DNA of 64,000 nt from an uncultured Thermoplasmata archaeon (lineage in GTDB: Archaea; Thermoplasmatota; Thermoplasmata; Lutacidiplasmatales; UBA184): contig CAWDQO010000005.1 of the NCBI GenBank assembly GCA_963804525.1, positions 543,261-607,260 of the forward strand, given 5' to 3'. The position numbers were made by a program, and so were the translations under genes. This document shows positions 28,336 to 36,872 of the stretch, piece after piece (the first letter of the stretch is position 1; each line of letters begins with the position of its first letter). Under the pieces are notes generated by a model, which was not told the origin of the DNA, did no database searches, and saw nothing but the letters and a program-made list of their open reading frames with translations.

Positions 28336-29151
28336 GTGCCGGTCGGTCCGGGCGGTCTCGCGTTCGACTTCGTCGGCGAGGGAACCGAGCCGATCGTGCT
28401 CGTCCACGGTTCGTGGTCGGACCGTTCCTCCTGGGACCGGCTCGTGCCGGTCCTGTCGAGCGGGTTCAAGATTCTCCGGTACGACCGGCGGGGCCACGGG
28501 GAGAGCCCGCCGGTCCCGGGACTCCGCTCGGTGACGTGGGAAGCCGACGAGCTGGCCGACCTGTTGATCGAGACCGACCACTTCCCGGCCCACATCCTCG
28601 GCGTCTCGTACGGGGCCGCCGTCGCGCTCGCCCTCACCGTCCGGCGCCCCGAGCTCGTCCGGAGCGTGATCGTCCACGAGCCGGCGCTGGTCGCGTGGCC
28701 GCCGGTCGAGGAGCGGCCCGAGGTCCGGAGCGCTCGCGTCGAGCTCGACGCGTACGCGAAGCGGTTCCGGTCGGAGGTCCCGGAGGACGCGGCCCGGGAG
28801 TTCGCCGAGCGGTTCGTCACGGGACCCGGGGGGTTCGACCGGCTGCCGCCCGAGACTCGCCAGGCGTTCCACGACGGCGCGCTCGAGTGGCCGGACGAGC
28901 TCGCCGCCCTCGAGCGGGTCGACCTCGACCCGTCCCTCGTGGGCGGGGTCGACCTCCCCGCGCTCGTCACCCACGGCGAACTGAGCCCGCCCTACCTCGT
29001 CCGGATCGCGGCGTCGGTCGCCGATTCCCTCCCGAACGTGACGCGCCAGACCCTCGCCGGCGCGGCGCACTTCCCGCACGTCAGCCACCCCGCCCTGTTC
29101 GGCGGGGTCGTGCTCACCTACGCGCTCGAACGGAACGTCCCGTCGACCTGA
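28336..29151 (+). CDS. alpha/beta-fold hydrolase
   Basis: IVLVHGSWSDRSSW, nucleophile elbow GVSYGAA, C-terminal AHFPHVSHP. Start uncertain: GTG 28336 chosen; ATG 28144 inside the CCATGG palindrome is an alternative. Confidence 0.65.
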   Translation: MPVGPGGLAFDFVGEGTEPIVLVHGSWSDRSSWDRLVPVLSSGFKILRYDRRGHGESPPVPGLRSVTWEADELADLLIETDHFPAHILGVSYGAAVALALTVRRPELVRSVIVHEPALVAWPPVEERPEVRSARVELDAYAKRFRSEVPEDAAREFAERFVTGPGGFDRLPPETRQAFHDGALEWPDELAALERVDLDPSLVGGVDLPALVTHGELSPPYLVRIAASVADSLPNVTRQTLAGAAHFPHVSHPALFGGVVLTYALERNVPST

Positions 29152-29727
29152 CCGGTGACGCCCGGGACCGGACTGGCCGCCGGGAGGCCGCTTCGGCCGC
29201 CCTCCGCGTTGCCTCGCGCCGGCGCTGGACCGGGTCGATCCAGTACCGGAGCTCGGTCGTCGGGTGGAACCCGACCCGTTCGTAGACCCCCCGGCCCATC
29301 GCCGAGGCGTGCAACGTGACGCGCGCGTACCCCAACCGCTTCGCCAGCGCGATCGCCCGCCGGACCACCGCGGTCGCGACCCCACGCCCCCGGGCCCTCG
29401 GCGTCGTGTAGACGGAGAGGACGTACGGGACGCGGAGGTCGTCGATCCCGGGCCGGGGGTGCGTCGGCTGAAACCAGACCGCGCCGCTCCCGAGCGATCG
29501 GCCGTCGGTGCCCTCGGCGACCCAGGCGACCATCTCGCCCGAGGCGACCCGGGGGACCATCCAGGCGAGGTACGCGCATCCGTGACGGACGATCGCGGGC
29601 TCGGGCCGGTCGCCCATCTCCCGGAACATCGCGAGCCGGTGCCGGACGAGGAGGTCGGTGTCGGCGAGCGTGGCGCGTCGGAGGACGAACCCGAGGGGAG
29701 GGGCCGGCCGCGCGCGGGGAGCCATCG
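29114..29727 (-). CDS. GNAT-family N-acetyltransferase
   Basis: Start MAPRARPAPPLGFVLRRATLADTD (rc 29725-29727); motif RARGRGVATAVVRRAIALAKRLGYARVTL. Confidence 0.65.
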
Positions 29728-29772
29728 GTGTCGGACCCGGGCGCGGGAAATAAGCGACCTGCCGCCCGGGCG

Positions 29773-30246
29773 TCAGTCGAGCTGCCGCCGGAACCGCTCG
29801 GCGACCTCGCGGGCGAGACCGACGAGCCGGACCACGCGGCCCTCGTCCGGCGCCTCGACGATCAGGACGATCCGCGGGGTCCCGACGCGGAGCTCGACCT
29901 GGCGGGTCGGGTCGAGCATCTCCGGGGGGGCCGCCCGCCGTCGCAGGAACCCCGGCGGGTCGCGGAAGTCCATCCGGACCCGGATCGTCCCGAGGTGCTC
30001 GGCGGCCGCGAACATCGTCCGCTCCTCGACCGTCCGCTCCCACTGGCGGAGCCCGATCCCACCGCGGCGTCGCTCGACCTCGACCCAGGGGCCGAGGACG
30101 AGCTCGCGGTACGTCGCGTACTCCTGCGTCCCCCGGAACGCGAGGTCGAGGTAGCCGAGCAGGAACCCGAAGGCGACGGGCCGGTCGTCGATCCCGGACC
30201 CATCGAGCGGGTCCGACCTGGGGTTCGGTTCCGCGGATCCGGCCAC
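29773..30246 (-). CDS. hypothetical protein (157 aa)
   Basis: Composition is protein-like rather than Arg-junk; lies between the AIM24-like cluster and the GNAT gene on the same strand. Confidence 0.4.
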   Translation of the reverse strand: MAGSAEPNPRSDPLDGSGIDDRPVAFGFLLGYLDLAFRGTQEYATYRELVLGPWVEVERRRGGIGLRQWERTVEERTMFAAAEHLGTIRVRMDFRDPPGFLRRRAAPPEMLDPTRQVELRVGTPRIVLIVEAPDEGRVVRLVGLAREVAERFRRQLD

Positions 30247-30274
30247 GTTCGTCCGGGTCCTCCGAGCGGATGGG

Positions 30275-30943
30275 TTATCCCGGACTCCCCGGGGTGTGCT
30301 TCGACGGGTCGATCGTCTGGAGGTAGACGTCCCCCGGGCCCTCCACCCGGAGCGCCTCGAAGCTGAGCGCGTGGCCGACGAGCCCCCCGCCGAGCGGCTG
30401 GTTGTACGCGCGGACCGAGACCGACGCGTCCTTCATCACGAGGGCGCCGTGGTCGACGTCCATCGCCTCCTTCTCGGCGAGGGTGAACTTGAGGATGTTC
30501 CCGTGTCCCTGGAATGCGAACGTGCCGGGGCCGGTGAGCCGGTCCATCCAGAACCCGATCATCCGGCCGACCCGTCCGGTCCCCGCGATGTAGAATGTGT
30601 CGTAGCCGATCGTGTTCGTCGCGAGGAGGAGCGAGTGTTCCGCGACATCGACCGCCTTGCCGGGCTCGAGCATCACGACCCGGGTCTCGCCGGGGCGGAA
30701 CCGGCTGAAGGCCACGTAGCCGGGACCGGTATACTCGTGGAGCTGGAACGGGAGCCCCCCGAACAGCGTCCGCTTCATGGCCCCGAGGACCCCGCCCTGG
30801 GTCAGCCAGCGGTACCCGAACCCGATCGTCGGGTCGGAGAACACCATCAGCCCCCCCTCGCAGAAGATCTGCTCCCCGGGGCCGAGGGTCGCGAGCGCGA
30901 CCGGGATGAAATCGCCTTTGATGTCGACCTGCATCGGGGTCAC
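30275..30943 (-). CDS. AIM24/TIGR00266 (DUF124)-like protein, paralog 1 (intact)
   Basis: 222 aa; shared motifs with two upstream paralogs (..L.PGE......G.M......, LTGPG, G.GNIL, GGGL.G). Confidence 0.6.
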   Translation of the reverse strand: MTPMQVDIKGDFIPVALATLGPGEQIFCEGGLMVFSDPTIGFGYRWLTQGGVLGAMKRTLFGGLPFQLHEYTGPGYVAFSRFRPGETRVVMLEPGKAVDVAEHSLLLATNTIGYDTFYIAGTGRVGRMIGFWMDRLTGPGTFAFQGHGNILKFTLAEKEAMDVDHGALVMKDASVSVRAYNQPLGGGLVGHALSFEALRVEGPGDVYLQTIDPSKHTPGSPG

Positions 30944-31603
30944 TCTCCGCTGTGGACGAGGACGGTCCCGGGGCCGAACAGGTCAAGGACCGGGAGGGGA
31001 GCCGCGCCGGTCGAGGCCATCGCCGGGCTCGCGAGCCAATCGATCCGGAGCTGGACAGTATTCGCCGAGGCGAGCAACCCGGCGACGCTCGTGCGCATCG
31101 CCTCGCCCGGTTTGAGGTCGAACGACAGGATGTTCCCGTACAGACTGGTAAACGATCGTGCCGGGTCCGGTGAGCTCGTCGGCGAACAGGTAGGTGACCG
31201 GCCGCTGGCCGTTCGCATCCGGGTAGGGCGCCGGGTACTGCGCGAGGACCATCGGGTAGTACCGTACCGTCTCGTCGAAGCAGATCAGGTGGCCGTCCCG
31301 CAACCGGAGCGTCTGTCCCGGAGCGAGCTGGAGGACCCGGACCTCCCCGCCCTTGTCGCGCGAGAACGAGACGTGGCCCGGACCCTCGAACTCGGCGAAG
31401 AAGTAGCTCTCGTCGTTGTCCCCGAGCGCGTGCATCCCCATCAGGTGGCCCCGACTGACGCCGAGCGACTTCATCGTCCGCCGGTGCACCTGGACCTGGT
31501 GCTCCTTGTAGAGCATGAGGCCGTGGGAGGCGAGCACCTTCTCCCCCGGGCGGAGCGTGACGAGGACCGCGGGGGCGATCCCCCCGACCGAATCGGCCTG
31601 CAT
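30940..31603 (-). CDS. AIM24/TIGR00266-like protein, paralog 2; single-nt indel near 31141-31147
   Basis: Frame A ...ADELTGPGTIVYQS continues in frame B LYGNILSFDLKPGEAMR...VLVHSGE*; stop overlaps the paralog-1 ATG. Confidence 0.55.
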
Positions 31604-31609
31604 CGCTAC

Positions 31610-31798
31610 CTACGTCACCGGGCGGTCGTCGACGGCGAGCGCGAACGCCCCCCCGCAGTACTCGCAGCGGGCGTACCCGCCCTCGATGTTCTTCGCCGCG
31701 ATCTTCGCTCCGCACCCCTTGCAGCTCAGGTCCTGCAGGGAGGCGCGGCTGATCGTGACCTCGGTCCGCTTCTTGACGAACTCTTCCGGGATCGGCAT
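31610..31798 (-). CDS. small Zn-ribbon protein (62 aa)
   Basis: MPIPEEFVKKRTEVTISRASLQDLSCKGCGAKIAAKNIEGGYARCEYCGGAFAL; GGGAGGAGAG Shine-Dalgarno 5-8 nt upstream; embedded between AIM24 paralogs 3 and 2. Confidence 0.55.
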   Translation of the reverse strand: MPIPEEFVKKRTEVTISRASLQDLSCKGCGAKIAAKNIEGGYARCEYCGGAFALAVDDRPVT

Positions 31799-31814
31799 CC
31801 GATTCTCTCCTCCC

Positions 31815-32463
31815 TCAGAAATGGGCGACCTTCGGGTCGATGCTCTGGACCGCGACCTTCCCCGGCCCGGTGAGCTCGAGGACCTCGATACGCTTCGAGC
31901 TTGCCGAGGAGACCCCCGCCGAACGGAAGGTTCACCGTCTTGGCGGTGACCCCGCCGTCCTTCCAGAGGAGCCCGCCGAGGTCGACGTGGATCACCTCGC
32001 GCGGGGCGAGGGTCATCGAGATGATGTTGCCGTAGCCGTGGATCGCGACCTTGCCGGGGCCGGTGAGGCGGTCGAGCCACAAACCGGCCATCCGGCCGGG
32101 GCGGTGGGTCCCCTTCACGTATTCCATCCCGTACTGGATGTGGGCGTCGGCGCACAGGAGCGACCCCTCGGCGACGTCGATCGTCTGGTTCGGCACGAGG
32201 TCGAGGATCCGGACCTCCCCGGTCCCGTCGCGCGAGAGGCCGACATGCCCGGGGCCGGTAAACTCCGTGAGGAAGTACGGAATGCCGCCCACGGTCGTCC
32301 GTTCGAGCGTCTGGAGCATTCCCCCACCCTGAATCGTCTTCCGGGAGACGCCCACGGGAGGGTCCTTGAACAGGAGAATCCCGTGCTCGCAGTAGATCGA
32401 TTCGTTCGGGGCGAGCGTGGCGAGCACGGTCGGCACGAGCCCGGGCAAACACTCGAGTTCCAC
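31815..32463 (-). CDS. AIM24/TIGR00266-like protein, paralog 3; indel in or next to the C5 run 31914-31918
   Basis: Reading with one G fewer gives PFGGVSSASSKRIEVLELTGPGKVAVQSIDPKVAHF*, collinear with the paralog-1 C-terminus. The ORF as written drifts into Arg-rich junk. Confidence 0.55.
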
Positions 32464-32502
32464 GGTCGTCGGGTCGGCGAACCGCTCGGTACTATGAGAG
32501 GC

Positions 32503-33363
32503 TTACTTCGTCGCAGCCCCCGGCGGCCGGCCCGGCGGGGCGGATGCGGTCCGGTCGGCCCCGAGGAGGTCCATCACTCCAGATCCGAGCCACTGCCCCC
32601 CGTCGACGGCGAGGACCTGACCGGTGACGTACGAAGCGCGTCGACTGGCGAGGAACGCCACCGCCTCCGCGACCTCCTCGACGGTCCCGAACCGTTGCAG
32701 CGGGATCTCCCGCCGCACCGCTTCCACCACGGCCGGGCTCGTCCAGAGTCGCTCGTTCGTCCCCGCGGTCCGCACGGGACCCGGGGCCACGGCGTTCACG
32801 CGGATCCCATGGGGGGCCCATTCGACGGCAAGCGTCCGGGTGAGGGCGAGGACCCCGGCCTTGGCCGCGGCGGAGTGGGCCGTGCCCGGACCGGCCATCC
32901 AGGCGTACGAGGCCACGATGTTCACGATCGCGCCCTCGCGCCGGGCGCGGAGGAGCGGGAAGGCGGCTCGGGAGACGAAGAACGTCCCGTCGAGGACGAT
33001 CCCGACGACCGCGCGCCACCCGTTCGGGGAGATCGACTCCGCCGGGGCCACGAAGTTCCCGGCGGCGTTGTTGACGAGGAGGTCCAGTCGGCCGAACTCC
33101 GCCGTGACCCGGGCGATCAGCCGGTCGACCTGCGCCGGGTCGCGCACGTCGGTGGGGACCGTCACAACCCGGGCTCGGGTCGGGGCGAGCGTCGCAGCTC
33201 CCGCGGCGAGGTGCTCGGGCGAACGGCTGGCGAGAACGAGGTCGTACCCGCCGGTGGCCAGCCGTACCGAGATCGCGAGGCCGATCCCCGTGCCCCCGCC
33301 CGTCACGAGCGCGACGGGTCGGGCGCCGTCGGTCCCAGGGGAGTTCGCGTCGTTCTGCGCCAC
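32503..33363 (-). CDS. short-chain dehydrogenase/reductase (SDR)
   Basis: VALVTGGGTGIGLAI Rossmann motif, NNAG, catalytic Y...K context (SYAWMAGPGTAHSAAAK); GTG start. Confidence 0.8.
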   Translation of the reverse strand: MAQNDANSPGTDGARPVALVTGGGTGIGLAISVRLATGGYDLVLASRSPEHLAAGAATLAPTRARVVTVPTDVRDPAQVDRLIARVTAEFGRLDLLVNNAAGNFVAPAESISPNGWRAVVGIVLDGTFFVSRAAFPLLRARREGAIVNIVASYAWMAGPGTAHSAAAKAGVLALTRTLAVEWAPHGIRVNAVAPGPVRTAGTNERLWTSPAVVEAVRREIPLQRFGTVEEVAEAVAFLASRRASYVTGQVLAVDGGQWLGSGVMDLLGADRTASAPPGRPPGAATK

Positions 33364-33469
33364 TGTTCCCCACCCCACGGCCCGTCCGGAAGTCCCGCGG
33401 CCGCACGATCGGGGCGACACGTGGCGTGAAGTTCATAGCGGGGACGGTCATGCGGCGAGTCGGAACGCC

Positions 33470-36400
33470 ATGCGACGAGTCGGTTGGGGCCAACGCCGGC
33501 CCCGGCCTCTCGCGGGGCTCGGCGTGGCGGCGATCCTCGTCGTGCTACTCGCCCCCGGCGCGACGGGGAACACCGCGCTCGGAAGCTCGGGGGGCCATGG
33601 TGCGGCACACCGGACCGCCCTCATTCCCGCGACACCGAACGCCCGCCGCTCGGCGTACGGCCTCGGTTGGCACAACCTGACCGGCGCGAGCCCACAGGCC
33701 CCGGGGGTGCTCGGCGGGATGGTCCTCGTACCCGACCCGGACACCGGCGGCCTCCTCCTCTTCGGGGGGTCCGGTCCCGGCGGCTCCTCGAACGCGACGT
33801 GGCTGCTCAACGGCTCCAATTGGATCCCGTGGGCGGGCTCGGGGCCGTCCCCCTCACCGCGCTCCGGCGCGCAGGGTGCGTGGGACCCGTCGGAGGATGG
33901 CGTCCTCGTGTACGGTGGGATCGAGCCCGACGGAAACCCCTCGCTGAACGACACCTGGCTGTTCCGCGACAATGCGTGGACGAACCTCACCCCGACCGTC
34001 GTCGGGAACCCCGGCCCCGGGGCGGGGGCTCGCTCGCGGTCGACCCGACGACGGGCGCCGCGGTCCTCTACGGGGGCGTCATCGCATCCGCGACGTTCAC
34101 GACCACCACGTGGACGTTCGAGGACGGGACGTGGACGAACATCACGGCCTCCGCCGGGACACCCCCGCCGGGCCGGGTCTTCTCGGCCATGACGGCGGAC
34201 GCGACGTTGGGGGGGTCGTCCTCTACGGCGGCCAGGACTACGGAACCGCGAACGACAACGACACCTGGCTCTTCCGGAACGGGACGTGGCACGAGCTCGC
34301 GCCGAGGATCAACCCGGGGACACTGCGCGGCGCATTCCTTGCCGACGACTCAACGTACGGAGCGGCCATCCTTTTCGGGGGCGACACCTCGGGGAGCGGG
34401 ACTCCCACGAACGAGACTTGGGCGCTCAACGGGGCGGGCAACTGGACGGACCTCACCGCCGAGGTCGGGTTGCCCCCGAGCGCCCGGTGGACCGGGGCGA
34501 TCGCCGACGACCCTTGGCTCGGCGGCGTCGTCCTCTTCGGTGGCTGCCAGGCGATCGGCTGTGCCGTCGCAACCAATCAGACCTGGTTCCTCGAGATCCC
34601 GCCGCTCGCCGTGACCCTGACCTCGCCCGACCCGTCCCCAGCGTCGGGAGTCCCGGTTCAGTTTGTGGCCCAAGTGGCGGGCGGGGTGCCCCCCGTCCGG
34701 TACACGTTCGCGCCGGGGGATGGCGCCGTGGTCGCCGCCGACAGCGGGACCGCGAATTACACGTACGCCGCGTGCGGAACCTTCGAGGCCTCGGTCTCCG
34801 TCTCGGACTCGGTCGGGGTGCGCGGGGGGTCCAACCGGCTGCTCATCGACGTCGGCTCGATGCACGCGGCGTCGTGGTGCTCGTTGACCGGACCGGGGGC
34901 CCCGGCGGCCGGGGGGCTCCCGCCGCCGCCTACGACCCATCGCTCGCCGCCGAGGTCGTCTTCGGGGGGTCCTTGCCCGACGACGCCGCCGCAGGCGATA
35001 CGTGGCTGCGGACCGACTCCGGCTGGGCTCCGGCGGAGGACGCCGGCCCCGGCCCGTCGGCACGTGCCGACTCGAGCAGCTGGTACGACCCGACCGAAGG
35101 AGGCGTCGTTGTCTTCGGGGGCCAGACGGCCCTCGGCACTCTCGTCAACGACACGTGGCTCTTCACCGGGACGTGGTCGAATATCACGGCCCAGGTCGGG
35201 GCGGCCCCGTCGCCCCGGTTCCAACCCGCGGTGGCGTACGACTCGACCGCCCACGAAGCGGTCCTGTTCGGGGGTCTCGATGCGGGGGGGTCGCCGCTGA
35301 ACGACACCTGGGTGTTCACGGGCGGACGGTGGTCCAACGTGACGGCAAGTGCCGGAGCCGCCCCCTCGGCGCGCGATTGGGCGTCGGCGGCCGATGACCC
35401 ATCCGATGGGGGGATCGTCCTGTTCGGCGGGCAGTTCTGCTCCGGGGACCTCCTCTGCGGCGACACCTGGACGTTCAATGGCTCCGGGTGGCACACGGCC
35501 GCGGTCGTCGGGCCCACGCCGTCGCCGCGGAGGGGGGTCCAATTCGCGTACGACGCGGAGTACGGGGCCGACCTTCTGTTCGGCGGGGCCGTTTCCAGTC
35601 CGGGACCGAACGGGACCGTCGGGGCGAACGACGCCTGGACGCTCGTCGGCTCGACGTGGACCAACGTGACTACGTACTTCGGTACAGCTCCTCCGGGCCG
35701 GTGGGCCGCGGCGATGGACTATGACCCGGCCCTTGGCGGTCTCCTCCTGTTCGGCGGCTGCACGGCGCTCGATTGCGCCTCGGCCGTGAACGACACCTGG
35801 TCGCTCGCGATCCCGTCGTTGGTGGTCACGCTCCAGGAATCGATCTCCGCTACCTCCGCCCCAGCGAACGCCTCGCTGGGCGCCACGGCGGCCGGTGGGC
35901 TCGGGACTCTCACGTTCTCGTGGACGTTCGGGGACGGGACGTCCGACAACCGAACGTCGACCAGCGAGCTCCAGCACGAATACCGCGCGAACGGCAACTT
36001 CTCCGGCGCGTTGACGGTGACCGACGTCGCCGGAGTGACCGAGGTCGACTCCTGGACGGTCAATCTGACCGCGAACAACACGACCCATCCCCACGGGACG
36101 ACGCCGCTCCCGAAGCCGCACGTGATGGCGGAGGGGACGCCCGCCTGGTACGGCTGGGCAGAGCTCGGGGTCGTGGTGGCGGCGGCCGCCGCGATCGTTG
36201 CAGTCGGCGTAGGGAAGTGGCGCTCGCGGAAGGGGCCGCCCACGACGCTCGGCAACGCTTCCCCCGCGCCGTCCGCGCCTCCGGCGGGGGTCGCCGCGGC
36301 GCCCCCGGAGCTCGCTCCGGGACCACCCTCGTTCCCCCCCGAGGCCGCCGCCGTCCCGGGGTCCCTCGACGCCGGCGCCGGATCCGGGATGGCGTCGGGC

Positions 36401-36733
36401 GCCGGTGCGTCGGAGGGCGGGGACCGGTTCGGAGCGGGCGGTTCGCTGGGCGATCGGATCCTGATCCACCTCCACCGGCAGGGCCGACTCGGCCCCCAGG
36501 AGCTCGCCTCGCTCTCAGTCACCCAGGCCGGGTTGTCCGATGCCCTCGGTCGCCCCCAATCCGCGTTCGCGAGGACCCTCCAGCGCCTCGAATCGACGGG
36601 GTTGGTGTTCACGGAGCTGCGGCACGTAAAAGGGGCGAGTCGGCGACTGAAGGTCTATCGGCTCACTCCCGTGGGCGAGCAGAGGGCGGCCGAGATCCGG
36701 TCCCGGAGCGGGCCCGGTTCCGAGTCCCCGTAA
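33470..36733 (+). CDS. ~1,090-aa surface protein: signal peptide, Kelch-type beta-propeller blades, PKD domain, second Kelch propeller, second PKD domain, TM helix, Pro/Ala-rich linker and cytoplasmic winged-helix (MarR/TrmB-like) domain; frame broken by 3 homopolymer indels (~34005-34030, G7 at ~34208-34216, G6 at ~34905-34912)
   Basis: MRRVGWGQRRPRPLAGLGVAAILVVLLAPGATG. Repeated W.N.T....P.PR.....YD......VLFGG.....NDTW.F blades. PKD-like TFSWTFGDGTSDNRTS. TM WAELGVVVAAAAAIVAVGVGKWRSRKG. C-terminus DRILIHLHRQGRLGPQELASLSVTQAGLSDALGRPQSAFARTLQRLESTGLVFTELRHVKGASRRLKVYRLTPVG. Confidence 0.6.
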
Positions 36734-36772
36734 GTCGGGCCAGGGCCTCCGCCCCGTCGGGGGTCGCGCCCC

Positions 36773-36818
36773 TGCCGTACGACGTGGAAACGTGCCGTAC
36801 GGGCCCCCGATGCCGTAC
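36773..36818 (+). promoter_or_regulatory. three direct repeats of TGCCGTAC spaced 20 and 18 bp, between the wHTH-ending Kelch gene and the promoter of its paralog
   Basis: cctGCCGTACgacg / cgtGCCGTACgggc / gatGCCGTACcggg at 36773, 36793, 36811; followed by TATA-like GTTTATCT at 36842-36849. Confidence 0.3.
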
Positions 36819-36842
36819 CGGGGGCATAGCTGCGCTGGCAGT

Positions 36843-36849
36843 TTATCTG
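36843..36849 (+). promoter_or_regulatory. TATA-like box (TTTATCT) 23 nt upstream of the GTG start of the Kelch-2 gene
   Basis: Same motif and spacing as at leuA and at 49979. Confidence 0.35.
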
Positions 36850-36872
36850 GTCCGACCTCCCCAGCCTCCCTC

